Notes: generated by a model not told the origin, from the letters alone. A stretch of 64,000 bases of DNA from Neoconidiobolus thromboides FSU 785 (GCA_025603075.1 MU626282.1:98232-162231); one strand, 5' to 3'. Shown: positions 42,907-56,856, numbered from the stretch's first letter. Program-made: numbers and translations.

Positions 42907-43674
42907 TCAATTAACTTGATTAGACAGTTTAGATTTCAGTAGTTTTGATGGTGAGGGGGTGGCCTTTAGTTCTGCTTTTTCTTGTGAAGAAACAGATTTG
43001 GGGTTTCCTAGTGCAGTATTTGAAGATATACTTCCATGGTCTGTAGGGCTTTGAATTGAACTTTTGGTTGATTTGAAGTCATGGAAATCACTATTTTCAT
43101 ATTTGACGTTATTTTTTAACTCATAGCTTATAATTTTGGATTTATAAATCTCTAATTCTCTTAGTAAATCGGCATTTTCAATCTGTAACTTCTCGTTATC
43201 TAAATTAATAAAGCTCATGTATTCTAAATTATGCTTTAAATGTTGGCATGTTTCTTTGTAATCTTTTAACTCTTGCTCAATCTTTTGAACTGTATCCTCG
43301 TAATATCTTTTTCTTTCATCTAGCTGAGAATTTTCTAAATCTAACTTTACTTTTTCACTTTCAAGACATTTCAATTCATGTTCTAACTTATCCTTCTCTT
43401 CTTGAAGTCGACAAAGTTGGGATTGGCTTGAGACCGTAGAATCGTATTGCTTTTTTACTACATTATCGTAATTAATTTGCATAAGATCTAATTTCTTTTT
43501 ACATCGATTGTTGCTTTCGATCGCTTGTTCTAATTCTACTTCCAGATGTTTTATACTTTGGCATCGATATGACAATTCTTCGTTAAGTCTAGTTTCCTTT
43601 GCTTCAAGGTCATTAACCCTTTTTTTCAAACGATTTATTTGGTTTTCGTAGTCTTTGTTTTGGTTTTCAGACAT
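42907..43674 (-). CDS. intronless coiled-coil protein, function unknown
   Basis: Long open frame from MSENQNKDYENQ, with heptad-rich E/K/L composition and a Ser-rich C-terminal tail. Confidence 0.72.
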   Translation of the reverse strand: MSENQNKDYENQINRLKKRVNDLEAKETRLNEELSYRCQSIKHLEVELEQAIESNNRCKKKLDLMQINYDNVVKKQYDSTVSSQSQLCRLQEEKDKLEHELKCLESEKVKLDLENSQLDERKRYYEDTVQKIEQELKDYKETCQHLKHNLEYMSFINLDNEKLQIENADLLRELEIYKSKIISYELKNNVKYENSDFHDFKSTKSSIQSPTDHGSISSNTALGNPKSVSSQEKAELKATPSPSKLLKSKLSNQVN

Positions 43675-45387
43675 AATTAGGTGGTTTTGGATATAAAATA
43701 AAGTATGTATGTTTAATATAATAACTTTGCAATAAAAAAATACAAATAAATAGAAAATCAAGTCTTATATACAAGGGGGTAGCAGAAACAGGTTAAATTA
43801 TAACTGGGTTTCTTTAAAATCTTAAATGAATGAGGATATAAAAAAGAGCTTCAAAATGGAATGGAGACTTGATTTTGATTTTAATAATACAAATAATAAA
43901 AACTATAAGTTGAACTTTCCAAGTTTGCAGATTTATTAATTCATTTTGGGTTTTTTTTAACCAATCATGTTCATTAACCTACTCTCTGACCAACTAAATT
44001 TAACGGTTTTTGATAGATTGGAACATTGTGATGCTCTTTTTTAATATTTTTATGGATTAAAGCCAATAAAGTTATGTTTTTCTTAAACTCAGCCACACTG
44101 TTGAACTGTAGCTAATTAAATAATCTATTAACGAAATAGATTTGTATTTTATTGAGCTAATTTTAATAAGTGACATAGTTTGTTGGCACTTATTATGAAA
44201 CCAAGTTTAAGAAATCAAAAATAAAATTATTGTTCTCAGTTAGAACAGTATCTGTAAAAAATAATCGAATAGTAAATAGTGATATGAAAGCTAAGTCTGT
44301 TTATTGTCAACTATTAAGCTGATGATTGAATTAAAATGCTACAAATTGCTTTGATTTACTACATCGAACTTCAATTTAAATTATAACATAGTTTTCTAAC
44401 TCAATAAAAATAAATTCAAAGTTAAACCAAAGAGATTGTTCCAAATTAAAGATTTGTCCAATAAAACTGGATTTAGTTAAAATTAAATTTGAAGGTGAAG
44501 TTTTATATTAAATGCTTATTCTGGAGTATAAGTTTATTTCTATTAGGATATTAGAACTAACGAAGCTCTGTATGTTTATATCAAAGACTTTGCAACAAAT
44601 AAAACATCAGATCTAAGTGCTTAGCTTCCTGAATCGGAGGAAAGGTCTAGATATCCTTCTTAAAGGCGGTTTTATACTGTTTTATCAATTAATTTTAGAT
44701 ATTATATCCTAACTTGAGATATTTATTAAAAATAACACAAAAACGAAGGTTCATTTATTAAGAATTATTTTATTTTTTAAATTGATTTGTATCAATGACA
44801 ATAATTAAAACTGAGCCTATACTAAAAATATCCTACTTTTAATATTAAATGGAACGCTTGAATATATTTGAACTCTGTAGTCTATTATACACAATAAACT
44901 TATTGTAAATATCAAAGCTTTGAATTTTGATCAAGATAAACATTTTTTAGAAATATAAAGCAATTTTAGTAATTGTAATACAGGTCAGGTCTCAAAATAG
45001 TTAACAAAAATAATTAGTTTAGTATTAAAAAAATTATTATATTTATATTCGATCTACTTTAGCATCATTTCATTTAAAAAATAAATCGAACTTAAAAATA
45101 CAAAACCCTATTGATACATAGTTGTGTATATTGCCTATATGGTGTATTGAAAGTGGTATACATTCAACTTCTAGCTTATATTAAATGATAATAAGATATA
45201 AGAAAAGCTTAAATTTTCAAGAATATTTATATTGATTTTAAAATGATTTTACAATTATAGTAAATATAAATCTTGAAACTACGCACCCAAAGGTCCAGGC
45301 ATCATAGGAATTAAGTTGATAGCCAATTAGAAACCAACTCCCAACTTTAAAAAATAAAAAAATCGAAATATTTCTCAATACTTTAGA

Positions 45388-48382
45388 ATGTCATCAAGAG
45401 CGTTAAAAAAATTAAACAATAAGCAACAACCACTTGCCATAGAAGAGGAAGAGGTCTTCAAAGATGAATTGATGGCGAATAGCATTAAAATAAATAAAAA
45501 GAAGAATAAAAAAAATAAAAAAACACCATTGGTCGACCCAGTCTTAATTAGTCAACAGATTGAAATTGAGTCGATGCTTGCTGAAAATAATCAAGGGGAT
45601 GCGGAAACAGAATCAAAGAATAACAAGAACCTCAGTTCGGTAATACATATATATATATAAATATATTCCATTAATTGTATAATAGTCAGAAGTAGAAGAA
45701 GAAGAAAAAAATAAAGAAAATATTAAGGAATTAAATGAAAGTAAAGATGACAAGGAAAAAAGTGAGGATACGAGTGAAGAGGAAAGCGAAGGAGAAGTAG
45801 CATCTAATAAAGCGATAAATCCATTTTTATTGGTAAGTTGATTTAAAATTGAAAAATCATAATTAAAATAATAAAAGCTTGGTAATGATGACGAAGTTGA
45901 AATGGATAATGAAGACCAGAGTGAAGATTTAAAAGAAGATATAGTATTATTTTTAATAACTAATTTTCAAAAGTGCTCAATTTAAATAGGATAACAAGCC
46001 GATAAAAAATATAAAAAATAACAAAAAGAAGAAAAAGAAGAGCAAAAAGAGAGTAGCAAAAGTAGACGAAGAAAACGAGTTAGAAGATAAAGAGTTTGAC
46101 AGAATTTTAGAAGACATCAGAAAAAAGTAATAATATTGGAAATAATTTAGTTTTTATTTATCAATTTTTAACTAGATTCCAAGATCACGATATTAACTTC
46201 AAAACTAATAATAATAACAATAATCGAGTTGGGGAGCAAGATGTTGATATATTAAAGAAATTGTTAAATATCAATGTTAAATGCTTAGATCCATTAATAG
46301 AGACGACCAGATTGTTTGGATCTAGAATTGTATTTACTTTTTACTTTTAATTTATTAAGCTAATTTTATCCTATTTAGGTTAATGAAGAAATCCGAAAGA
46401 AGAAATTTTCAAGGTAATTAGAAAACAACCAATAGCTAGTTATTTTATTGACAAAAAATAGATTTGCTGGGCGTTGTCTTTTAGCAAGTCCAAGGGATTT
46501 CTGGCCTATGCCACAAAATTTAGGTTTAAGTATGGGTCAGGGAGAAAAAGTGGAAAGTAAGTATACGTATTCAGTAGATTAAATTGAAGCTAAAAATTAG
46601 ATATTACTTATTTCAACTTCCAACATGGTCCACGATATAGAGATGCTCAAAAAGCGTTTTATCAAGGAGTGGCTAGCTTAGATCCCAATGCTATAGCGGG
46701 GTTATCTGGAATGTTCCCTTATCATGTTGATACCCTTTTACAATTATCCGATATAGCCAAAAATTCTGGTAATATGACTGAGGCATTTGAGCTTATAGGT
46801 AATAGTACATACTTACTATTAAACTCAATTTAATCACATTTCTAAAGAGAGGGCTTTATTCGCATGCGAAAGAGGTTTTAGCCCTTCATTTTCTTTAACT
46901 AGTGGATTATGTAGATTAAATTATGATCAGTTAGAAAATAGGTAAATAGTTCTAATCTATTAATAATATTGATTTATTTTTTAGATCCTTCTACTTGGCA
47001 TTATATCGCCATATCCAAAATCTATCAAGACAAGGTTGTTGGAGAACAGCATTGGAATTTACAAAATTAATATTAAGGTAGCAAGCACAATTATAGTTTT
47101 GTTATGTTTATTTAATTCTAATGTTTAGTTTTGATCCTGTTCATGACAATTTGTGCGCTTTGTTACATTTGGATTTCCTTGCTTTAAAAGCGCAGCAATA
47201 TTCTTATTTGTTAGAATTTAACGAACAGTGGATTGATTCTGAATATATTTCAAGCTTGCCTAATTATCATTATTCTTGCGCTTTAGCTGCACTTCATGTG
47301 AATCAAAACACTAAAGAAACAGTTAATTCTAAGCTTGAAAAGGTAAGCTTACTTACTTAGTGTTACAATTAGTTAATCATTCTTTAGGATTACGATCATA
47401 TTGATATGCTATCCTCTGCAATTATTTTATATCCTAATGTTATTTTGAATTTAATCAAAAAGACAGGGATTTCGATTGACGCTCCTACAGGGATTATAGA
47501 GCAGCATTTAAGCCTATTAGAGTCTAAAAGTAATTTTATACTTATTTCCTATTTAATTTGATTCTAAGCTCTATTTAGTTTCCAATAGCCAGGAATCTCA
47601 GATCAAACTGTTAGCTGACCTCTATACTGAAAGAGCTTTTTCTCTTTGGAAACTTCCAAGTGTAAGTCGTTATTAATTTAACTTTTTCTTAACTTAATTT
47701 AATATCCTTAGGTTACTGATATTATTTCTGATGCAATTAAATTAGCAAGTGATAAGTTGAGAGATAGTAACAATGAGACTGTTTTATTAAGTAAAGAGAT
47801 TTGGAGCGCAGATTCTACTAATGAAATACCTTTAAATTTATGCCGTCACATCTTAATTTCAGGTAAAAGGATTATCCTTGTAAATGGATGAGATATTAAT
47901 AATTTAGAATTCTCTGATCTTAATAAGCATCTCCCTAAAGATTTAAGGAGTCGAGCCATTTATGCCCATGATCCTTTACCACCTCCAGATTCTGTTAGTT
48001 TATACGATGATTTCAAGTATCTTCCAGGGTATACACAGGATGGCTCAAATATAATTACAATGGATTCAATTTCTGGTCTATTGGAAAGGATTCGAAATGG
48101 GGTAAGAAACGTTTTAACTCAAGATAGTTCCAATAATGTAAGATAGTATATGTATGAATTTAACATTTCTAACCTTTTTTTTAGGACACTAACCAACTTA
48201 TAAATGCTTTAAAGTAAGTTCATCTCAATATGTTATTTAGTTTATTTATCAATTTTAGTGCGGAAAATCGCCCAGGTGTACTTCAAGAATTATATAATTG
48301 GCTACAAAGCAGTACTACTCCTTCTAATGATCCTAATGGATTACCAGATGATGTTTCTACAGATTCAGGAGACGAAAATTAA
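45388..48382 (+). CDS. RQC1: ribosome quality control protein Rqc1/TCF25, many exons
   Basis: MSSRALKKL start, acidic/basic N-terminus, PYHVDTLLQLS, ERALFACER, ENRSFYLALYRHIQNL-x-x-x-GCWRTALEF-x-KL, DFLALKA and HDPLPP. Confidence 0.88.
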
Positions 48383-48837
48383 GTAAAAAATTAGAAAGTC
48401 TTTAATCTTTGTTATAGTTTTTACGATTTTATATCAAAATTGCAATCTTTGAAATAAAGATGCTAGATAGAGTCAAGTAGTAAAACAGTCAAGCATTTAA
48501 ATAATAAAAATATTAAAAGATGGAAAATGTTTTATGCAATATATTATATAAATTAAATATAAACATATCAGTAAAAAATTATGACGCAATTATGTGTTTC
48601 AAAATATTGCGAAATTTTGTTCCAAAATGGAATCATTTCTTTCAATGTATCATTTCTCTCATTAAGGATAGTCAAATGTTAAATTATCTGTAATCTTTTA
48701 ATTTTTAAGACATCGTCTGACCTATAAAATGTTTATTAATTAGCTTAATTTGTTGAAGAAGATACACATTAGATATTAATGCTATTAAACTAACATATAT
48801 AACTTTATAAATAAAATACTTTTTTAATGGGCTATCA

Positions 48838-49465
48838 TCACCTTGAACTTGGCTCCCTAAGTCTAACAAGTTCCAAATTTAATTTAGATATTTCTTGTAC
48901 AATGAGTTTGATAACAGCATCTGGAGGGTATTTAATAATAATTTTAATTAATTAAACTGAAATACCTCTTTCTTTTAACGCTGCAACGACTTTATTATCG
49001 CTAATTTGATATCCTCCAAACATTTCATCTTCATAACACTTTTTAAAATAATTAATTATTAGGACTAAAAGTAATTTGCTTTCTTACGACGTCTTCAATT
49101 GTATCTAGATAAATTTCTAATAAAAGAGATGTGTCAAAACTAAAAGGTTTACCTGGAGGAGCATAATCTTCTGAAAAAATTGGAATATTGAACCTCACTT
49201 TAAGCTCATAAATAGCTTTCAAAAGCTGAATTCTTTTACCCAAAGATTTGAGATTTAGATCAAGTAGCGTTTCATGGTCTAAATATACCAATACCTCGCC
49301 TGTTATGCCTTCATCTTTTTGTTAAAATTGATATTTATTCAGAAAAATTACTAGCTATTTTAGTTTACCCTGAAATTTTTGAATGTAACTGTTAAACCCT
49401 ATGGTACCTAACCATGATGCTACTTGCTCACTCGTCCATGTCAATACATTATCTTCCATTGACAT
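48838..49465 (-). CDS. truncated Ste50 paralog (SAM + short coiled coil, no RA domain)
   Basis: Same exon layout as STE50 at 31.6-33.0 kb; the second SAM exon is 45/54 aa identical by manual alignment. The frame ends at TGA 48838 after ELVRLREPSSR. Confidence 0.75.
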
Positions 49466-50180
49466 TAAATTAAATGATTAAAAGTATAAAATAAAATAAT
49501 CAGAAGTCGATTGTTCCATAAATCTACAAAACACTAACCCTTATTTGTAAGAATAATATGTATTTTTACTATTTTAGTTAGTGCTTTAAAGGTAAAATTA
49601 TTTAACTTACCTTATTTGTGTGTTTGTTCTCAAATTTCGTCATTTGGTTTGTTTTTATAGGTGATAGTCTCATGAATGTTTTATTTAATAAGGTTCATAT
49701 TTGTTATTACTGTTCAATTGTTTATTATTCAAATGTAGCATTTATACTAATGCCTGCTTTAATTAATATATGTCGTGAAGACATATTATCAATCTAAATA
49801 GCAGTCTTAAATCTATAGGAGTTTAAGAGTTCGATTTATGTATCTAACAATACCTATTTTGAGGCTACAAAATGGTATTTAAGAGACATTAGACTAAAAA
49901 AAGATATAAGAAAACAACTCAAATACTGATGTCAATAGATAATCAAGCAATAATAGCACTTTACTTATTAAAAATTTATTATTAATATATTGCTTAAAGG
50001 TTTATTAATTAATTAATATAAAATAATTTTACTCATTTGATATTTTTATACTTTATTAATAAATATTACTTTATTTAGCTATGAGTTTACAAAATTTGAT
50101 TTGTATAAACCTATTTCATAAAACGATATTTTATGATTATATATATATTATGTTTCATCTGTTATCTATTTTAATATCTA

Positions 50181-50224
50181 TCATTTATCATTTATCATTT
50201 ATCATTTATCATTTATCATTTATC
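50181..50224 (+). repeat. (TCATTTA)x6 minisatellite
   Basis: Six tandem 7-mers; GATAAAT on the minus strand. Confidence 0.9.
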
Positions 50225-50338
50225 CATTAACTATCTAGTATTTATTATCTAATTTATTTTATTATTTAAAATATATCAGTTATAAATTACAATCTTAAAA
50301 TCTCAATTAATTATTTAGTAAAGCTTTATAATCAAAAT

Positions 50339-51129
50339 TTAAACGATAATGAAGGTAATAAAAAGAAAGGTAACTAAGCTAGAGACAGAAGCTTTAACTA
50401 TAGAAGCATTGGAAGTGGCTGATTTAACAGAATTCTCTTCTCTAGGCTTTGAACCATCACCAGTACAAGGACCAGAAACACATGTACCAAGTAAATAAGC
50501 TAACTCTTTCCTGCAAGTTTTAGTAGAGGGTATAAATTTAGTTGGACAAGCAGTAACCTTATCAGGATTCAAATTAATGATAAGTTTCTTATTAACAAAG
50601 TTAACTGTCCAACAAACTAATTTCTCTTCGCTATCATCGACATAAACACCAACTTTAAGGGTATCAAAACCACCTTTACCAATGGCTAACTCTTTTATTA
50701 CCCAAGAGCTTTGAACTGTTTTATATATGGGATCTGCGCCATCTTTAAAACTACTAAAATCTTTACCGATATCTACCCCTTCACCAGCCGGAAAATCTAA
50801 AGAAAAGGTGGTGCTATTTTTGCATGGAAGTAGCAAGGTTTTATTATCTTTAGATGCCTCTGGGTAAAAATAGGTAAATTGATAAACTCCAGCGTATTTG
50901 GTTGTGTCTGTATTTGCTACTTTTCCTGGTCCTTGACCCACCGCTAAAGGTTCACTACTACTTCCATCACTGCTTCCATCACTGCTTCCATCACTGCTAT
51001 CGCTTGATTTAGAATCTAAATTTGATTTAGTGATTATTACTTTAATAATCTTATAGTAAACTTACCGCTACACAACAAAGCAGATGTAAAAAATAATAAG
51101 GTGATATAAGATAATGTTAGATATTTCAT
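50339..51129 (-). CDS. secreted, probably GPI-anchored cell-surface protein, unknown family
   Basis: Signal peptide exon (MKYLTLSYITLLFFTSALLCS), one intron, SDGS x3 repeat (50961-50996), Cys-containing core, Ser-rich linker and a hydrophobic C-terminus. Confidence 0.78.
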
Positions 51130-52288
51130 ACTAATTAAGTTGATTTAGACTTTTTTTAAAAGGTATTAAAAGGTGATAAAAATCTTCATTTTACTTTATT
51201 TTCTCATATATATATAGTTTTAATTCATGAGTATCCTTCTCTCATATTAATTGATTAAATTGCTATTGTAATAGCGGTTCAATTTTACCACTTGCTACTA
51301 TTTCATTTTAATTTTTTTAGCTAAAAATAATGAAAATAGCTTTATATGCATAAATTTCATTTTAAGAATAATTATATTATGTACTATATAATATATAATA
51401 TAGTTATATATCATACTGTTTACTTAATAATGAAGAATATTTTTATTAGTATACATTTTTATTAACAAACTTTTATTATTGTTGTATTAGAAGTATTTCT
51501 AATAATGTCCACAATTTAATAGATTATAATAAATATAAAATCAAAAATGATTTCATGAGCACTGATATTTATCTATGATGTCCTTTTATTTGAATAATAT
51601 TGAAGTATAAAAAATAGTAAGAACTTACGTTTTATATTTTATATTCTTTATAATGTTAAGAAGTGGTGTTAATTTGATAATTTTTAAATTTGCTTTATGC
51701 ACTTACGATTACCACCAAATAGGACTTTACTCAGTATTATTAGCCTGCAAGCTATTACTTCATAGAGCTTTTTGCCCAAATAAGTATAAGCTGTTATTGA
51801 TCAAAATATAAAATTTTAACTGAAATTTTTTGGGCTGGGGATATATTTTAAAGAGTTGCGCTTTAAGCAACTTTTTCATTTTATACTGTTTTTGTAGTTT
51901 ATGAAGTATAGAGCTAAAAACTATATTACCAAGTAAAACTATATATACAGGCATTTTACTTTTGAAAGCTTTTAAAGTTACACAGCTTATGAATAGAAAT
52001 AAAGAACCAACAATTTAGAGATAACACTATATGTATTTTGTTTGAAAATTAAACTCTTATTGCTTAGAGTTATACCAACCTTGCTATCTTTCATTATCTT
52101 TTATTCACCCTTTTATCTATATATTACTAATCAAAGTAAATATTAACAGCCTTGGAACTTGCTAGCTTTTTAAAAAAACATATTCAAGCCGAAGAACAGA
52201 AGTTAATTTTAAAATATTGATTTATCTTTCAAAACGCTATTGATTAAAAAATTAAAAAATGAATGAAATGCTATATATATAGTTTGTA

Positions 52289-52392
52289 TATGGGGATATA
52301 TTTTTATGTTTAAGAGTTTTGTTAACAAATTTTCCGCTTAAATAGCGCTTAAAAAATGGAAAAATAATGAAGTCAAAAAAGACATCCCCATA
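52289..52392 (-). mobile_element. MITE-like hairpin element
   Basis: TATGGGGATAT...ACATCCCCATA, 104 bp. Confidence 0.88.
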
Positions 52393-54501
52393 TTGTTAGT
52401 AGCCAAAGTTTTTAAAACTTATCACCTTAAATTTCTGTTTAATAAATGCATATAAATCAACCTGACTTAAGAACCTATCAAGGTAACAATACAGCAATAC
52501 TCAAAGGCTATTTTTTATAAAGTATAAACCTTTAAGCTCTTGTAATTAATTTAATGCATTTGAAATTATCAACATCTTGCAAAGATATCAATGGTTCTTT
52601 ATAATCAGACTAACTTTCATTAAATCACCAGTTTATAAAACATACCTAAAATTTTATATACAGTTACTAACAGTTGTTTCTTAGTTTCAGCATGTCAAGT
52701 TAAACTAACTCAAGGCGTTATTATATAGTCATTTTCAGATATTTTCTCAATATTCTCTTTGGATTTTCAAAACTTCCAATGAAACATAACATGTGTGAAA
52801 AAACATTGATAGCATCTGAAAGATGAATTTACAAATTTATGAAAGGCAAAATTTATGTATCTTTTTAAAGATCATAATTTTATCTTGGCTTACCTTTTTT
52901 GATATTTAAGCAGATTCTATAAATTCTCATTAGAATACCAAGTTACTATTTGTTCTAGCAAATTGAGGGATAGAATAAGTATAGAATAAGTGTTGGACAC
53001 TTTGAATTTTGATTCAAATTTCTCATGAAAAACACGAAAATTAAAACTTTATAGTATCCAAATCATCTATAGAATTTAATATAAATTATATAAAAAATGA
53101 ATTTGTATTTTTAGCTTATAGTAAACTTAATTTTAGTATGAAGTAAAAGATCATATAGGAAATTAAGATAACATAATATTAAATATACACATGTATATGG
53201 TACATTATTAATTAAGTCAGATATCACTTAAACTCCTATAAAGCCGAAAAGTATTCATCAAAAAAACAGCTCGTAATAGTATGAAATATAAAGAACTTAT
53301 AATTTGATGAAAATGGCCGTATTATAAATCTTAGTATAGCAAAAAGAGGGGTTACGTCTTGCCAAATTAGCAAACTTTACGTTTAATCAAGTTGGCTATT
53401 AGTTTGATGTACCTCCATTTCTATTTCAACATACCATTTATATACTGGGCTAAAATCACAAGCCATAAAAAGATAATAATAGTTTTTGATTGTGTATAGC
53501 TCTTTGGGGAACCTTATAGAATCTAAGCTTTATTTGATATATATAAATATCGTTTTAATTAAATACAAAATCAACAAAATCAATATAGATACATATCTTC
53601 AATGCTCCCATTATGTATAAAATTTTTATTTCCTATGTCAAAAAACTTTAGATGTAAAATATGTAGGACGCTACAGTTATTTTAATTATATCTATAACTT
53701 CGATAAAATAATGAACCATTTAATTAAATTTTATGGCTCTGTATTTGTTCAATTTTTATAATGTAGGCAATCGTTATTAACTAAAATACAGTATTTTCGA
53801 GGTCAGAATAATCAGGAAAAATTGGATTTTATAAACATAACTTAAAGTAAAATTAGCTTTCTTTTGTGCTTGGACAACCATTAGTGCAGTAATATTTAAA
53901 ATGATGCCAATTTGATATAAAAGTAATGTTAACATTGAATATATGATAGCTTTAAATGCAATGATGGTTTTACTTCTCAAAATCAGTTAAAACAAGATTG
54001 ATTTATGTTGGGAAATTGTTCTTTGTATCATTTTGTATTACTTGTCAAGAAATACTAGCAGAGAAATTAAGATAGCCAGTGTTTAGTTTTAGTAGAGCTT
54101 CTATAGAGCTTTTAGGCATAGAGAATCGCAACTAAAAACATTATAAATTATGCACGAAAGGATAATAGTTTACAAATAAAAGAGCGGAAGGCAAGCATAA
54201 AAACAAAAGATGGGGCCTTTATATAAAATTTACATAAATGGATTTATACTTAAGCCAACGTCTAGAATACTTTGAAATCTTAATGTGTTTATTCCAAAAT
54301 TATATTTGAGTATAAACAAGATATCCTTGAAGTATTAAACTTTTAAGCAATAAATATTAATGTGAGTATGGCAAAATGAAAATGTAAAGTCAGATTAATA
54401 GTATCGCTGTTACGGTTTCATAATATCAAGTGTTACAGAATTTGAAATTTATATATATTAAGCCAACTTTATTAATCTAACTTATTCTTTATAAACAAAA
54501 T

Positions 54502-55233
54502 TCAATTTTTAATAGGGTATCTGATTGTCTTAGGGCAAGATCCCATTGCTGGAGAGTTAGTAATTTGGAAATTATCTTTTCCGGTTACATACATATGAAG
54601 TCTGATTTCATTTATAGCACCGCTTTTACAGATAAGTTGAACTTGAGCACCAAGTTTGTTTAAAGCAGCGATAAAATCATTTCTAGGATAAGAGCCTCCA
54701 GGAACGATACCAGAGCTTTTAAGTGTCTGATAGAGGTTGAATTCAGATCTTAATTTTAAACCTGTTTTAAAATAGTCTCTAGCATCTTGTCCTTTTGAAT
54801 ATGAAGAATAACAATTTGGCGCAAATACGCTATAGCATGTGCCATGTTTGCTCCACTCATGCTCCCAAAAAGCAGGATTGTCTCCTTTGTAAGATGCCCA
54901 ATAAGTGTTCATATCAGATTCCAAAGACGAATCAGCACCTACGATAGCATCAAGGTCATTATAATTGCGGGAGGTATCACATCCTTCTGCTGATCCATAA
55001 GTTCCATCACAGTTATTAGGCCATAAGCCATGAACAGTAAACGCATCCCTTGGGCCTAGTCCTGGAATCCATTGTAAAGCTAATACTAATAAGCCCATAT
55101 CTGGGGTACAACATTTATCTACAGCACTTGCTGAACATGAGCGAACATCACTACTACAAGCAAGGTTTGAGTTTAATTGGCCAAAAGCGCTAAAAGTTAG
55201 GGTTGATAATACAAGTCCAGTAGAGAATTTCAT
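54502..55233 (-). CDS. secreted ribonuclease T2, intronless
   Basis: Signal peptide, CAS I FTVHGLWP, CAS II FWEHEWSKHGTC and conserved cysteines. Confidence 0.95.
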   Translation of the reverse strand: MKFSTGLVLSTLTFSAFGQLNSNLACSSDVRSCSASAVDKCCTPDMGLLVLALQWIPGLGPRDAFTVHGLWPNNCDGTYGSAEGCDTSRNYNDLDAIVGADSSLESDMNTYWASYKGDNPAFWEHEWSKHGTCYSVFAPNCYSSYSKGQDARDYFKTGLKLRSEFNLYQTLKSSGIVPGGSYPRNDFIAALNKLGAQVQLICKSGAINEIRLHMYVTGKDNFQITNSPAMGSCPKTIRYPIKN

Positions 55234-56052
55234 CTGGTTGTTTATTATTTATTATTTTTATTTACTAATTGTTAAAGTCGAAATATACTATGCCTTCCTT
55301 ATATACCTTTTTTATTTAATTTAGAGGTACTGTCAAATTAAATAAATTTTATTTCTCTGTTAATTTTTTTATTCACTGTATTTATTCTTGGGAATAATTT
55401 AGCATGTGGAAGTATAATTAGGTTATAAATCATTAATATGTAGAAATGGTTTTAAATTTGATATACAAAACATTAAATTAACTTTAAGTAGTAAAAAGTA
55501 ATGGATATTGGAATAAAGTATGAAAAAAAATGTTATATTATATAACACAAAATTATTATTACAACTCGTGCTTCCATTTTTTTAAATATATTTCTGTATA
55601 AATACCGTTCATTGACTTTATGTTGTAGACCCAAATTTATATTGTCACATTTTCACACCTAATTTTTGTGAAAATTGATAACAATTTAATATATTAAAAT
55701 GAAAATATCGATGAAAATATTAATTAAAACACTTAACTTATATAAAAACTACAAATATGATCTAGTGTTATTTAACATACTAAATAAAACATGGTGCTAA
55801 CTTTTTTTAAATCTTGAAGCTGATGATGACTCACTAAATCAATCTTTAAAAATAGCAAATTTATTCATGGATATTATTCTTAGTTCAATTACGGCTTATT
55901 TTTTTAGCTATTTTGTTTTATATTATTTTATATTAAGCATAGAATTTGACAACGTGCAATTCTAACCTTTTTATTGTTTTTTGAAATAAGTGCACCATCG
56001 AATGAATGAGCTATTAAAAAAGCTATCTATAATATTTAAAAAACAAGTACTA

Positions 56053-56156
56053 TATGGGGGTGTTTTTTTTGATTCCATTACTTTTCCATTTTTTAATCAC
56101 TATTTGAGTAGAAAAATTCTTAGTAAAATTCTTAAACGAAAAAATACATCCCCGTA
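56053..56156 (+). mobile_element. MITE-like hairpin element
   Basis: TATGGGGGTGT...ACATCCCCGTA, 104 bp; retains the CpG in the right TIR. Confidence 0.88.
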
Positions 56157-56751
56157 TGGAGATATTTTTACCAGTTGTCCTTTTTTACTATTTTTTTAAA
56201 TTCAGAAATTAACTAACTAGTTAGTATGTTGTTTAAGCTTGACTGTGTGCTAGCCAACTATTTATTTCAAAATTAATTTGAACTAGTAAGCGTTAAATTA
56301 GCATGATAAAATAAACAATTAGTTATAAAATTCATAATTTACCAGCGCACATTTAAACTTAAGCAGCTACATTAATTGGTTAATCTCAATTTTAAAATAA
56401 TAGAAAAAAGGGTAAAGGTAAAAAACATTCCCATATTGTACATAAATATTAAAGCAGTTTGAAACTATTTTAATAAAAGTTTAGCAAATTTAACAATTTT
56501 ACTAAGTTACATCTTATATTCAAATAAAATGATCATAATCGGAGACAACGATATGAAATGATGGTCTAAAGAACATTTACTTTTGTTCAAAACAGAGTCA
56601 CTGAAAGTATATTTTGAAATATGTTTAGTGCAATCTCTTCAATATTTCCAAAAAGAACATAAGTTAACATTTAGAAGTTACTTAAGATAATTTATTCATA
56701 AAAAAACTTATCATCCAAAATAAAGTCAAATTTAAATTTAAGAGTACATTA

Positions 56752-56856
56752 TGTGAGAATGTGTTTTTGTATCTAAGGATTTTACTAACAATTTTTCCGT
56801 TCAAATAGTGCTTAAAAAATGGAAAAAGTAATGAAGCCAAAAAAAACATCCCCCTA
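56752..56856 (-). mobile_element. MITE-like hairpin element
   Basis: Core TTTTTCCGTTCAAATAGTGCTTAAAAAATGGAAAAAG; ends ACATCCCCCTA. Confidence 0.82.

Noticed and set aside
55990-56199. 69-aa ORF
   Set aside because: It is a translation of a MITE copy (56053-56156); the similar peptide in the 1176 ORF comes from the same repeat.
56529-56606. Possible box C/D snoRNA (ATGATG...CTGA)
   Set aside because: Box C is imperfect, there is no terminal stem, and only about 7 nt are complementary to rRNA before the D box.
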